This document shows positions 1-13,898 of a DNA stretch of 64,000 nucleotides, piece by piece. The DNA comes from Ascidiella aspersa. Taxonomy: Eukaryota. Each line of letters starts with the position of its first letter. The first letter of the stretch is position 1. Below the pieces are notes generated by a model. It made no database searches, was not told where the DNA came from, and saw only the letters and a program-made list of their open reading frames with translations. The translations under genes and the position numbers were made by a program. The DNA lies in the NCBI GenBank assembly GCA_963924565.1, contig OZ004613.1, positions 13,392,001 to 13,456,000 on the forward strand, in the 5' to 3' direction.

Positions 1-84
1 CGTACCCGAAATCCAATGTGGGCAGTCGCGTTTTGGGGCTAGCTGGAGTTGATTCATTTTAAAAACCCTGGGAATTTACGTTAT

Positions 85-234
85 TGTCACATTTTTAGGC
101 GTTGGCCGCTTTCCGTTATTTTAGTGTTTTAGTATTTTATTGTCGCTTATTTTAATACATTTAAAATACACGCGTTGTAGCGCTTGGCAGTCAGCAGGCC
201 GTTAAGTAGAGTTCTGGAATAGTTTGGTGTAACA
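85..234 (+). repeat. 5' LTR of Gypsy element 1
   Basis: Starts TGTCAC, ends GTAACA; about 8 differences from 4843-4991 by manual comparison. Confidence 0.93.
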
Positions 235-237
235 AAT

Positions 238-257
238 TGGCGAGCACCCCAGGACTC
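238..257 (+). other. Primer-binding site, resembles the complement of the tRNA-Arg(ACG) 3' end
   Basis: TGGCGAGCACCCCAGGACT begins 3 nt after the LTR; similar to TGGCGAGCCAGCCAGGAGT (recalled tRNA-Arg 3' complement), imperfect. Confidence 0.6.
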
Positions 258-290
258 TATACAGTCGAGGGGAGAAGCGCTACATGCACC

Positions 291-3200
291 ATGTCTTTTA
301 CGTTGCTACCGCCTTTTTATAGATCGGGCGACAACTTTAAACCGTTTTTACCAGTTTAGAATCGTATTGCAGGAGCATTGCAGCCAATGAAGATGTTAAG
401 AGACATTTATTATTGACATGTCTTGACCGTGATTTTTTGTTTGATATAAGTGACGGCGCAAGTAGCCTGTACGAACTATTGAACGCTATAATTGAACTTG
501 CTTTAGCGGCCAACGGCGAAAAATGTGGCTATGATAAACGTGACCAGTTACTAGAAAGGGGTCAAATGGTTAAAGAAAGCATAAGGGAATACGTTTATAG
601 TTTGCAAACCCTTGGCGAACAAGCTTACCCAGACGGCGGCGACAAGCCGATAAAAAGTGAGGTTATGTATCGGGCTCTACTGCGCGGCTTGAGCGACAGA
701 ACACTCGCCACTGCAATTATAGTAAGGACGCTTCAATAAAGCGCGACTTTACTAAAGCCGCGAAGATGGCTGTCCACGCAAGCATTGCGTGCCAACCCTC
801 ACAGAATGTAAGCCACATTAGCAATAATGGTACGACGGAGAGTGCCGCTGCAGACCCCGTCTTTTCAGCTTTCCGAATGGAATTCCAACGCCAAACGGGG
901 GATTTTATGGAAACCATCGACCATCTGCGACAAGAGGTAGCCGACCTTCGATCCGACCAATACCAGCCACTGGACCAGGAAGCCAGCAAGTTTGACCATG
1001 GTGCCTAAACAGTCTATCGTACAAATCGCATCTGATCAAAGGCCTCATTCCTTCGTTAATATTATGATCCAAAACCTGCCAGTGTGCGCCCTTGTTGATA
1101 CGGGTCCAGCAGTTACTACCATTACGAGAAAAGTGTGGAACTGTTTGAAGGCTAAAGTTAAACGTACCCTGTCGAAGTGTCCCGAAACCCTGTCATTTGC
1201 CAATGCTGACGGCCACAAACTAAATATGGATGTTTACTTCCAGTACAACGAGTGCGCCGTTTGTTACCTAAACAAGATCTTGAAGATCGACAACAGCAGC
1301 GCACCTCTACTCGATATGCCATTCAAGATCGGAAGCCGAGACGTCTTTCACGAAGATAAAGTCCTGATCCCACCGTCCACAAAGGTTTGTATTCCAGCCT
1401 ATTTTATTCATAGTTCTGAACGTCGTCTAGTACCTACCCATTCTGTACTTATTGAAGGGAGACCCGAGATAATTGATAAATATGGTGAAATGATCGGATC
1501 ATATTTAACGACAACTGAAGGCTGTTTAGTGCAGGCTCGAATAGCAAATTGGACCGCGACGACGCTATCGAGCTGCCTGAGGGCACTTTGAGGGCACCCA
1601 TTCTAATTTCCAGGGATGTTGCATATATTCCAAGTGGTACTTGTGTCACAGTTGAGTCGTTAACACAACCACCAGGAATGCGTGGACTTTTCTTGTCCTA
1701 CCCAACATAGCGTCAGCTCCGTATATCCAACTGAAGAAAACCTGAAGGATTTTACAGACGACATTGAAATAGCGGCCTTACAACAAGCGAGCTCGCACGG
1801 TACAGGCGTTACTGCAAAGGTATCGAAGATCGTTCGCTACCGACTCTGCAGAGATTGGACGAACAGATCTCGCCGAACATGTGATTAACATCGGAGATGC
1901 TCGCCCAGTGCGACAACCCTTTCGTCGGATGGCATCACCCGAAAAGAAGAAAGTGGAGGAAATACTATACGAGATGAAGACCCAGGGTCTTATACATCCA
2001 TCATCATCACCATGGTCGAGCCTGATCATACTCGTGAGGAAAAAATCAGGTGAAACTCGTTTTTGCATTGATTATCGGGGCCTTAATGAGGTGACAAAGA
2101 AAAACAGCTACTCTATACCACGAGTAGACGAAAGCCTCGATCTTTTGTCTAACTCCACCTATTTTAGTACACTAGATTTAAAATCTGGGTATTGGCAAAT
2201 TCCAATGGATATAAATTCCCGCGAAAAGACCGCTTTCGCGAGCCACATGGGTCTGTTCGAGTTCAATGTGATGCCAATGGGCCTTTGCAATTCCGCTGCT
2301 AGTTTCCAGCGAATAATGCGTATTGTTTTGAATGGCATAGAATGGCAAGGAGTACTCGCATATTTGGATGATATTATTGTGTATGGGCGCACATTTCAGG
2401 AGCATATAGAGGTGGAGCGATTGGAGGGCGTGCTACAACGACTTGCCGACGCGGGCCTGACACTCCGACTTGCCGACGCGGGCCTGACAAGCCCAAGAAG
2501 TGCGCTCTTTTCAAGAAAGAGGTAAAGTTTTAAGGCCACATTGTTTCTGCCGAAGGTGTTTTGTGTGACCCCGAAAAACTCGCTGCAGTAAAATCATGAC
2601 CGGCCCCGAAGGAAACAAAGCAAGTAAGACAGTTCGTTGATTAAACTTCTTATTACCGCAAGTTCATACATGATTATGCCAAATAGCTGCGCCGCTTCCC
2701 CGTCTAACAGAAAAGTCGAGGCCATTCGCATGGTCGGACGAGTGTCAGACAAGCTTTGCCAAACTAAAATCGTCTTTGATAAGATCACCAGTTCTTCGCT
2801 ACCCTGATTTCCAGAAGCATTTCGTCTTAGACACCGACGCGTCGGATTTTGCCATTGGATGCGTATTAGCGCAGTGGCACGAGGGAAAAAAACACGTAAT
2901 AGCCCATGGCAGCAGAACTTTAACTAAAACAGAACGAAATTATTCTCCCACTCGCAAATAATTAATAGCGGTCGTTCATGCCACCAAGTTATTTCGCTGC
3001 GACCTGCTAGACCAAGCTTTCACTTTGCGCACTGACCACGCTTCTCTTAAGTGGCTATATCAGTCCAAGGACCTATATGTCCAGTGTGCCCGATGGGTCG
3101 AGCACCTGTCGCAATACGATTTTAATCCAATACATCGTCCGGGTGTCAAACATAAAAATGCAGACGCTCTTAGTCGAATAGGCGAAGACCAGTTAACCGA

Positions 3201-4480
3201 TGCGCCGAAAATTGCCACTATCGATGTTCGTGCCTCTAGTGGTTTGACAATGGGTGAGATTGCGCAAGTACAGGAGCAAGACCCAGAAATAGCTCCAGCT
3301 TTCCAATGGTTAAGCCAAGGACACAGACCCCCATATAACGCTGTGTCAAATACATCACGTATGACCAGGCACTTATGGAGTCACTGTGGCCAATTGAAAC
3401 TTAGAGACGGGGTCATTCAGTTCTACGACCAGGATAAAACACTTTTAAGACTTGTAACTCCGCGTGAATTAAGGCCCAAAATCTTCGATTTATTTCACGA
3501 TGCAAAGCTAGGCGGTGGTCACCTGGGGATTCGTAAAACATGCGCCAAGGTCGCTGAACGACACTTCTGGCCAGGCTGGCGCAAGGAGACTGAGCGGTAT
3601 TGCATAGAATGTCGTGAGTGCGAGTTTAACAAGAAACCCTCAAAAACACCAAAAGCCCCCTTGGTACCATCTTGCGAAGAAGGTCGTTTAGAAAGGGTAG
3701 AAGTGGACATCATGGGCCATTACCTTTAACACGCCACGGGTACCAATATGTCCTTGTTGCTTGTGATGTGTTTACTAAATATGTCCGAGCTTGGCCCTTG
3801 CGTACGCAAACAGCAATCGAAACAGCCAGCGTATTGTACAACCGCTGGATGACTGATCACGGAGTTCCTGACATCATCCATAAAAATCGTGGCGGGAACA
3901 TTGAAAGCAAGATGTTTAAGGAGTTGCTTCAGCTGATGGGTTGCGGTTAGTCACGCACGACTAATTACCATCCCGCTTGCAACGGAGGTGTTGAACGAAA
4001 CAACAGGACGATAATTTCGATGATTCGAAATTACGTTCAAAAAGATACGCTCCTGAGATGAAGCACTGTCTGCTGTTGTGGCGTCGTACAATGCGAGTAC
4101 CCACGAAAGTACGGGATTTTCACCACATTTCTTATTAACAGGTCGACAATTGCGGCTACCTGCGGACTTGATAGGAACAGGATCGAAAGAGTGGCATTTC
4201 GTAAACGACAACATCAGGAGCCTTCAAGACCTCATCAAGCAGCGCCAGCGAATTGAGGCACATTTCAACAGAAACACAGATGACCCCGCTTTTAGCGTCG
4301 GCGACTCGGTTTTACTAAGGGATAACGTAGTCCCTGTAGGGTCAAACCGAAAATTTCATTTTCCCTATGCAGGCCCGTACAAGGTCATCCAAGTGCGACC
4401 ACCAGTAAATTATTTGATAGAAGCGGCCAACGGACGACAACAGAACGTCCATCGAAACCGTTTGAAGCGCAGCCGTGGAA
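291..4480 (+). pseudogene. Fragmented gag-pol of Gypsy element 1
   Basis: Protease LVDTG (~1090); RT with SSPWSS, RFCIDYRGLN, LDLKSGYWQI, MPMGLCN, YLDD (1881-2525); RNase H DASDFAIGCVL, TDHASL; integrase HHCC (HDAKLGGGHLG...CIECREC), core and GPY motif; many stops and frameshifts. Confidence 0.92.
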
Positions 4481-4842
4481 ATTACACACAACAAAATCAG
4501 CAAGAGGAAGACGAAGAATGCAAACATGAAGATCAAACATCGGAGCACCCAACCGAAATCGGATTTCGCCTCACAACGACTACAACGCCTCGTTCACCTG
4601 ATACCCAACCACAACCAACGACTGAATGCACCGATTTTATCGTTTGTGTGTGCGATTTTGTTCATCAGCTTTATCGTTTGTATGCGTGTTTTCGTTTTCC
4701 TCTTTCCTTCTCACTCACCTAAATTATATCGCTCTTCCACTTTTATACCTCACCTTTCACGCTTTATTTCTTATCTAATCACGTTTTCCGTTGGCACCTA
4801 ATAATTAGTAACGCTTGACACACACACCCTTTTTCTCTGGGT

Positions 4843-4991
4843 TGTATCTTTTTAGGCGTTGGCCGCTTTCCGTTATTTTAGTGTTTTAGTATTTTAATGT
4901 CGCTTATTTTAATACATTTAAAAGACACGCGTTGTAGCGCTTGGCAGTCGACAGGCCGTTAAGTAGAGTCCTGGAATAGTTTGGTGTAACA
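4843..4991 (+). repeat. 3' LTR of Gypsy element 1
   Basis: Direct repeat of 85-234. Confidence 0.93.
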
Positions 4992-5062
4992 CTTATAGTT
5001 GCTATGTTGCGCCAAATTCAGCTTAATGTAACAATCAGCACGTTTTACACACCAAAGCTTAC

Positions 5063-8000
5063 ATTCGGGTTTTCCCAGACGTGCGGATTTCGATGTAAAG
5101 CGAAAATATTGACGGCGACGTTTTGGCCGGGCTGAAGTATCACCTCCTTGTAGCCGTTAAAGCGATGTGAAAGGGTCATGGGAGCCGTGATGTCACGAGC
5201 GATGAAATGGGCCACGGGCGCCAGACGCATGCTCTCCTTGATGCATTGAGTCAGGAAGCCAAGTTTGGCCATGTCGCTTCTGAATGCAAACCACGAGATA
5301 CGGTTTGAGAAAAGTTAAGTGAAGTCATATATTCCGGGAGTAAAATATAATTTAGAAAAAATCACAATATACAAAACACACAATATCAAATAGAACTCAT
5401 TTGTGCGATAGTAAAGTAATTATCAGTTAATAAGGATTAATCAGTTATAAGCAAGTTGTAACCCTGAAAAAAAAACAATAGAATTTCACATCAACTAGTA
5501 CTTTTGGGACTGTTGTCCAATGAACTTGGCATACGTTTTACTCACATTTCCAGGTCAGGTTTGTTTCCTAAAGCACCGTTTATTTCTTCTCTGCATTTTT
5601 CTTGAAATTCGGGATTCAAAGCAAGGTAATATAAGGTCCATGCCATTCCTGTAGAGGACAAATGCAATAACATTTTATTCATATATTTAGCCACAGCGAC
5701 AATTTTTTGCAGTTTCATTTTTTAGTTTGGAATTTAATAGAACTAAATCAATATTGTTATAAGAACAGGCTGTAATTGTTGGTCTGTAGTTTCAGCAGGG
5801 TTAGACAAAATTATACAGATGTGGTTTCCATGTTTTATTCATTTAAAACAATGCTAGCAAACGACGTTCATACAATGCCATTTAAAGTTGAATAATAGTT
5901 TTCGGCGTGATATTAGCACGTGGTGCTGCTTAGTGCGTTTTAAAAACAAAGTCATGATTATCATGTCATCTGTGCATGTAACTCAATATACAACAAATTA
6001 CCGTTTGCAACTGTCTCTTGTCCGGCGCTGAAAAATGTCACCACTTCGTCTTTAACCTCTTCGTCTGTAAGCGCGACACCATGCTGATCCTGCAAACCAA
6101 AAAATTACACTCTTGTTACACGATTAGTACATCAATCAAAGTTGCACTACAGAACAAGGGTTCTCAAATTGTTCTTCCAATACCTTCTCTTTGTAGAACG
6201 ACACACGTGTTGCAATACACGAAATCATAATGTAGGTTTTTGTTGCGTAAAGCAAATTTAAGGAATACTTTAAAACACACAGAGTGAGTCAACTGAAAGT
6301 CAAAGTTTTAAACATTTTATCACGGCATTGCCAATTTCAGCATATGGCGCTTCGTATGAAAAACATAAAAACCAGAACCATTTTTTTGAATGATTTTAAG
6401 GAGACAAAGCGGAACTGAACCGAATAATTTGAAAGAACATGAACCTTAATCGAACCCGAATCTGTAAACAAAAACGGTTCACTCCAGCATGACTTTACGA
6501 CTTGTATTTTACTGAGTCAAGTTATGCCATGCTCAAAATTTTGTTAAAAAAAATTAAATGTTAATTAAAAAACGTTTTAAACGGTTTTTCACCCCCGATA
6601 TCACTGTCGTAGGGGGTTATACTTCAGTACAGTATGATATGTTAAAAATGACTGAACTAGGATAACGATCCGCTGCACCAAAACGTGTTGCAGAGCCACA
6701 GAATGGAACTGTTGAAAGGTTGTTTGCCCTTTAAGCTTTAGTATAGTTTCTAAATTGTTGTAAATTGAAAACTTAAACGGTTTTAGATTTATTTGGTAGA
6801 AAGTCAACGTTTTATATTGACCTTGTTTGTTTCGCTGACTTCAAGAAACTAACCTTTGTTTGCAGCAAAACATCAAGGAAATCCACATATTTTCCCTTCC
6901 TCTTTGTGAACATAAACGTTTTTCCGCTGCCTTTATCTTGCATAGAAATCGACTCTGTTTCGCCATCCATAGACTTCAATAAAGCTCGTCGCTCACTTAT
7001 AATCTATAGTTGAAATATGTTTAAATAATATAGACTTAAGAAAGCACTCCTCTCATACGTGACAGCGAAGAAAAACGCGGAAACAACAGTATCGTTTTAA
7101 CACCGTCTTAAATTGAAGTTAGCATTCAATAGCTAAGAGTAATAAAATAATGAAATAAAATTGAAATAAATGAAAAAACTAATTTAAAATTTAAAGTTCC
7201 TTCACAGAAACTTCAGGGCAATGGTTTACCAAGTTAGCTTTTCCATGGATAGCTTCGATGTTTGATTGTAACTTTTTGCCTTTCGGTGAATGTGAGTAGA
7301 GAAAACTGCTCCACATCCATACTTTTTGCATTCTCTCAAAAATCATACCTGAAACCAGTTTCAAGCTTTCGATGTACCGGGCATTTTCCCTGCAATTTTT
7401 GAAAGTTAATAATGTATGTTTTTTGAAAGTTATTTTGTTTTAGGAATTTTTCAAACTTATATATAACTTTAATAATTAGTCGGTTTTAACCAGGTGTAAG
7501 CATTTAGTTTAACATTGGGTCGCATAAGAGACACAAAATGTCTTACAGGGCCTGGTCAAAACGGGGATTGGAAATACATATAATACAAGTGAAATTTTCC
7601 ACCAAATAATAAAAAAAATCAAAATAGCAAAGTTAGTTTTGATTTAAAATGTTTGCGGTAAAATAACGGCGATCTGAAATAAATTGCTTGGCTGACCTAT
7701 TTTATTCCCTTTTGTATTTCCTAATTCGTCGGATCATTCTTTGGCCAAATGTTTTTATGTTACTTAAGAAAGTATGCTAAGCTGTTTACCAATCGCTGTA
7801 TTTATAGTGCATACTTGATATTTGTATGGCTTATATCATTTTGCTTAGCAGAACCTAATTTTACTTTGCATGTCTTCTTTGCAAAGGCTTACCTATTCAT
7901 TCCAAACAATAATACGGTTACCACTGATGTCATTAAAGTGGTATAAATTTCTCGGTAAGACATTTTATAAAATTACTATAATCAGATTTGTATGATTTTT

Positions 8001-11000
8001 GTTAAAGAACAACTGCGAACGTTAGTAAGCCGCAAAACAATTTCTCACCCTGTTTTGTCAGTCGTTTTTTGTGACATCACGCATTGCATCATGTTGGTGA
8101 ATGAAGTATCAAATGTTAACTGGCTGATGTCGTAAACCGTACGTTTGATTGCTACTTTTTCACAGTTCTCCACAACGCTTTGACAGTTGTCGTTAAAGAC
8201 CTGGATATGACTGAAACAACAAACCAAGGTTCCATCAGCAAAACATAAAAGATTTTAAGTCGACCTGTTTAAATTTCTTAGAAGTATATGTCATATAAAA
8301 AGCAAACAGTAATATAAATGTACTTTGAAACAATCTAAAAAATGCTGATTGTAAGACTAAAGGAGTAGTAGAAAACAAAAACTGTAATTACATTCACTAC
8401 AAACCAATTAAAAAATATTTTTTGGGGTCAATATTACAAAAAGGCAGTAGAAAAGTTATGCATAGTACGAAATCATCTAACATATGTTAATGGAAATTGA
8501 AAAATAATACTAATTTAAACAAAAAAAACACAAGCTTGAAATTATTTTAAATATTTCAATCAGTGCAGAAATTCGGGCAGTTATATTTAAAACTAAAATA
8601 GCTGATATGCTTATCTCACGCTTTTAGAACGTCGAAATGGAATATCGGTGTCAGCAATCTTCGATGACGACGCCAAATTTCGTTCTCTGACGTAACTAGT
8701 CCTTGGCCGAGAAATTTCCTTAGAAATTTTTTGTATCCGGCTGATTTTGGTGCAACTATACATGTTTGCATGTTTATTTTCAACACAAAATGTCTGTAAG
8801 ATTTTAGTGTAAAGTAAGTTTATTTCCTTTGGGCCTTATTCGTTTGGCGTGCAATACAACTTTACGTCCATACTTGGCAAAACTTGTTAGTAGCCTCGTG
8901 AAATCCTACGAAACGTTTATTGAAAAAAAAATAGGTTAAGTGTGGTAATAGCCGCACTGCGTTGTAGTACAGGCGACAGGCGTCTAAACATGACAAATCT
9001 GAACATTTTTAAGATACATTTCTACTGCCTATACTTACAAGGTGACGTCAATATGGTTTTTACTGCATCTGGATGGTAAACATGAACGCTTAAGAACGAT
9101 CGGCCGAACCAATAAGCACACATTGCCGGTAACTCGTTGGACCTCTCTGCTGAGTTTACCATTCCATAATACTTGTTCAGAGGATACTGTAAATAAAGCA
9201 TATCCTACCTTTAATCGCAGAACCACTTACATTTTCCTTTGAGATAAATATTGTGTAACAGCATAGAACGCCTATTTAAAGCAACGGGTGTCCCCAAATG
9301 ACAACCTAATAATCGAGTAGCGTTTGCTTATCGATAAACCAAAAAGGTGTTCGAAGTGTGTTCTGCTTCCTTCAAAGATATTTTTTAACGCAAAGGCATC
9401 TAACTATTGGAATGTTTTTTTTAAGTAGGGTCGGTGGACCCTGGGAGTACGTGGACTGTTATTTGAGGGTATATACGTCATATTGCATGTTACGGTTATT
9501 TTAAGTCGATGAACATTTAATAAACGTGTGTTTTGTTTCATTTCAACTTGGGGTGACCAAAATCAATTTTTGTTTCTGAGAAATGTACCTAACAGATTTA
9601 GTTCACACTTTTTCATTGTAATTTACGACGCGACGCTTATGATTATGGAGGTGACAATTGATAGTTTCAACTGTAGAACCTATTTAAAAACAAACTAAGT
9701 GCATTTCCTGAAATATTTTAAAACAACTCTCATATCTTGCGCAGTGATTTTTGGTGAACCAGCGTTTTTATTTTTCCAAATGTTTCTGTACTTAATCCCA
9801 TAATCAATGTTGCTGCTAATAACTAAATAGACACAGTAAGACTTAAAGCAAAACAATGAACGCGGAATTAACTTTAGTGCTATAGTATCTGGGACAAATA
9901 ACTAAGAAGAAATTAGCTATAAACTCTGGGTCGATTAGAACCGCCGTTCTAACATCGGCCGTCATGGGCGCTGTTACGCACCCACCGCGACCTGTGCACT
10001 GGGGCCTGGCCCCTGACCCCATACAGTTGCCCGACGGGACGCAACCGCGCGAGTTCTTGTTGTTTGCAAAGGTGTCTGGTCAGATATGCTACCTGTCATA
10101 ACCACAACTAAAATTCCAATCAAAAGTATATTGTTACAACGAATTAAAACGTTATCAAATTTAATGAAAACGTTATTTTCAAGTTAATGTGAGACAGACA
10201 GCCACCGCCTATTGCAGCGACTGTCGGCGAGAAAAGCTCAAAGCCGCTAAGAAACGACATGTATATAGCCAATACGTAGGAAGAAAAAGAACACGAAAGT
10301 TACGTCATATTTGGCCAATAAGACTGGCCGGCACTCTAAAACATGGCTTAGGCCAGGGGTGTTCAAATGATTTCTGCCATGATCCACCACAGTCAAACCT
10401 GACAACATGATGATCCACCAAATACGAATAGTAAACATATTGGACACGCTTTAATTTTTATATTGCTTTATTTATGTAAACGCGATAACTTTAACAGTTA
10501 ATCTTGCTTAGTGTTTGTTAACCTTTGTAAGTGAGGGCGCACGTGGCGAGCGAAGCGAGCGCGATTTTTTTAAGTATACCGGCATTTCTTTTAAATTTCG
10601 TGCAAGTTTTTATTACATTACCGAAAATATAAAATGTTAAAAAATATATGTCCAGTATTTTTTAATGCGTTTTCCATTAACGGTAACGAAGCGCTGATCT
10701 AGTTCAAGAGACCGCATCAAAACGTAAACAAGCCGGACGTAAAAAGATGATTCGCGCGAAGCGGGAAATTTTTTCGCACTTACGTAGTTAAAATAGTCAA
10801 AAAGTATTTGAAATGGACTCGTATCTAGTTTGTCAAAGAGGCTGTGGGTCAAATGAATTACATTGGCGGGGCGCATCCGGCCCGCGGGCCGTAGGTTGCC
10901 AAACCCTGTTTTAGACTAGGTCGCACAATAGCATCGAATTGAGGCTTTCTGTCGCTGACTGATATCCTCAAACGCTCACAAAGATTAGCATTTGGGAGCC

Positions 11001-11959
11001 TCGTTCTATGCTTGATTTTTTACAAAATTCATTAACACTGACAATTGGTATTCACATGAAAACACTGTAGAAAGTTTATTTTTTTAAGACTACATTAGAA
11101 GATCCGCACAAAACGCTGAAAAGATCCGGATCCGGATCGCGATCCGCCATTTGAACATGACCGGCTTAGGCATTACAGCGGCCATTCTAAGGCCAATTTG
11201 CAGCGGGAGTCAGACGCCAGCAAAACAAGTGGCTTGTGTTGCAGAACGTGAGAACACCGCCTGCAAGACTGACAGTTATAGATTACGAGATTAAAGGTTA
11301 CATGTCAAGTTTGAAACGAGGCGAACTGAAGCAGGAAAACACAGGAATTTTACACACAACAATACGGAAAACTTGGCATCATCAAATATGATATTATGTA
11401 ACTGAAGAACATATTTGGCAAACGAAAGCTGAAACGCGTAATCTAAAGCCCTATTTAAAAATTCGTAAGATAACTTAATGAACTCTAAGATTTGGCTTAT
11501 GGCAATTAATTAATTTGGGTGTTTAAGTGTTGATAAACACGTAACAGGCGCCGCTGTATTGGTACCGTACTGTTGTCCTTGTTTTGGGTAATGGTTGGGC
11601 AAGAAGTGGTCACATAATTTGGGTTAGGTTTGAATTTCGAATTAGTGAAAAAGTTCGAGGCGAGGTTTGAAGTAAGGTAAAATGATTTTTAAGATCTTTA
11701 TCATATTGTGACCTTTTCTATTGCGGGAACTCAAATAAACACTTGCCTTTACAAGGTCTCCCAAAAACCAGTGCTGGTCGTTCGATTGTCCAATCTCCTT
11801 GGCCAAGCTGCAGTTTTTGTTAAACTTCAAAGTTGCAGGAACTATAAGCTTGAAGACGACCAGCGGAATAACAATCAGTGGAATGGCGTAAGTCGTTAGG
11901 AAGCCCACCAAAAGCTGCACGTTGCCAGGAGAGAACACAGAGCCTGCATTTTCTATCAT
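5063..11959 (-). CDS. Cytochrome P450, CYP4 clan (CYP-A), exons 1-9; exons 10-11 expected left of the window
   Basis: Exons approx. 11747-11959, 9039-9186, 8620-8755, 8049-8210, 7230-7389, 6854-7003, 6002-6089, 5547-5648, 5063-5279, in frame when joined; N-terminal TM anchor, [18 protein letters not shown] (C-helix), DFLDVLL, I-helix [16 protein letters not shown] (ExxR), [11 protein letters not shown]; intron 1 uses a GC donor. Confidence 0.9.
10354..11163. mobile_element. Non-autonomous hAT element (MITE) in CYP-A intron 1, with the end of a second hAT MITE nested inside (~10875-10908)
   Basis: TIRs CAGGGGTGTTCAAATG / CATTTGAACATGACCG; perfect 8-bp TSD GCTTAGGC (10346-10353, 11164-11171). 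Confidence 0.85.
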
Positions 11960-13574
11960 CCTGTTGGCAATCCTATCAGACTACGTTGTATAGGGCTGAA
12001 TTTCTAAAATGAATACCTGTTGAATTTCGGTTTTGATGCTCATAAAAGTTAGCCGAAGTTTATCTTTTGTGTTATTTAAGCACGGTTGTAGTGATTAGGA
12101 TGAGGCCTGTTGTTTTGCACGGCTATCAACTAAGATTAACGATAAACGCTTATTAAATATTCCACCATATATTGTGGCATTTAATGCCTTGTTGACTCGG
12201 GTCACTTATAAGACATTATTTTTACGTCAAATCTCATGGGCGTAGCCCCCCCCCCCCCCCAATAACTTATAAATATTGTACTATTATTAATAATTTGTTT
12301 TTAGCATTTATGAGCAGTAGCCTACCACAACAGTCGATCACGTCAGGCGTGTCACACCTTCCATTGTCATACACGGTTACGCCATAAACGATGTAGTCAT
12401 TAATACGTTTGTTATATTAATGTAGTTCTACTACTTTTTAGTCATTTTCTTTTTGCTCTCTGAATGGAGTATTGCGCTAAAACTCAGTCAATTGCTTCTC
12501 CAAACGGTTTGCTAGCATATTTATCTGTGTTCGATACGCAGTTCATACAAGTTCAAAGTTTTTTTTTTATTAGTACTATACCGTGTTTGTGTTCTGTCTG
12601 TCACTGCCTGTAGGTCTACAAAGTTAATGTGCGACAAAAACAGATTTAGCAACCCAGACAAAGTATACACTGACTGAAGCTCGACACACAACACAAGTCA
12701 TAACCTTGCATGTTTGCTATTGCTGGAAGACAAACAAACGAAATACATTTTGCTGTGACTTGGCCATGGCCAAAGGTTACTAGATTGATTCGGCAATCGA
12801 GCAAAAAAAAAGAAACCATGCACCAAATTACGCGAGTTTATACATACCAAACAAACTGAATCTAAACGTAAAATAGATATTTGTTTAGGGTCAAATGCAA
12901 TATTACAATTAACACTATTGGCTTTAGTATTTTAAACTTTATCCGGGCTAATTTTAAAATTTCAAATAAATTTTAAACCAGAGTGTATCAAAAAAAGTGT
13001 TTCGTTAGAGGTTAACATAGCCGAGCTGCTGGCAAAGAAGAAAGTGCACCCATCCCATTGATACCATTAAAAACAAATGTTATAAGGGACCTTGAGCAAT
13101 TTAAAAAGTTGCTGTGGGACCGTTTAGCAATTTTTCTAAAAAAGTTTGAGAACCACTGCCCTAATGAACAAAAAGTACATTTTGTAATAAATGTTTGGTG
13201 ATCCCTAGCCTAACTTTCCAAATACGTTTTATCGCGAATCAGATCTTTGCGGTGGCAAAAAGCATGGCCTCGGTCTTTGTGGTTCTGCCTGTTTTTAAAA
13301 AGGCCAACCTAATATAAGATAATTTAAATGCACCTGGATCTACAAAAGGTTCGCTTTATGCCGAAATGATTAAGCCTGTTCCTAAGTCTAACTGCAGAAA
13401 CCGATATCCACAGGGACGCCGGAGCGATTTCAGGGCAAGGGGCGACTTTTTTGGTCAGGGCAATATAGACCGCAGGCGAGCTTAGCGAGCCTAAATATTG
13501 GGGGGCCCGGGGAATCTCCCCGGAAATGTTTTTGCGGCCACGCCCTCTAGATTGGTTTAAAATGGTACCAAAAA

Positions 13575-13898
13575 TCTGTAAATTAATGAGAGATGTTCTT
13601 CTCCTTCCACGGCCGCCAGCTCAGCTCGTAGACGCGCTGTTGCAGAGAAACTATTAACTTGATCGCGACTTGCGCTCTTTGCTTGATCTTCGGGCTACGG
13701 TTTTCAGGTGCTCAGCCCACAAGCACCGCGCGGAAAGTGCTCAGCCGGGAGTTGAGCCCCGGATCTGAGGATTGCTGGGGACCAAAGATCAAGCAGAGAG
13801 CGCAAGTCGCGATCAAGTTAATAATCTCTGCAACAGCGCGTCTACGAGCTGAGCTGGCGGCCGTGGAAGGAGAAGAACATCTCTCATTAATTTACAGA
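13575..13898. mobile_element. Fold-back / long-TIR non-autonomous element
   Basis: ~115-bp near-perfect inverted arms (TCTGTAAATTAATGAGAGATG... / ...CATCTCTCATTAATTTACAGA) around a ~90-bp GC-rich spacer. Confidence 0.8.

Larger units (their letters stand above)
85..4991 (+). mobile_element. Ty3/Gypsy LTR retrotransposon, full-length but defective, antisense within intron 9 of CYP-A
   Basis: ~150-bp direct LTRs (TGT...ACA) at 85-234 and 4843-4991; flanks GTTAT/CTTAT (5-bp TSD, 1 mismatch); PBS after the 5' LTR; domain order protease-RT-RNaseH-integrase. Confidence 0.95.

Noticed and set aside
4475-4801. Possible env-like ORF at the 3' end of Gypsy element 1
   Set aside because: Short; hydrophobicity comes from T-rich low-complexity untranslated sequence; no signal peptide or fusion motifs
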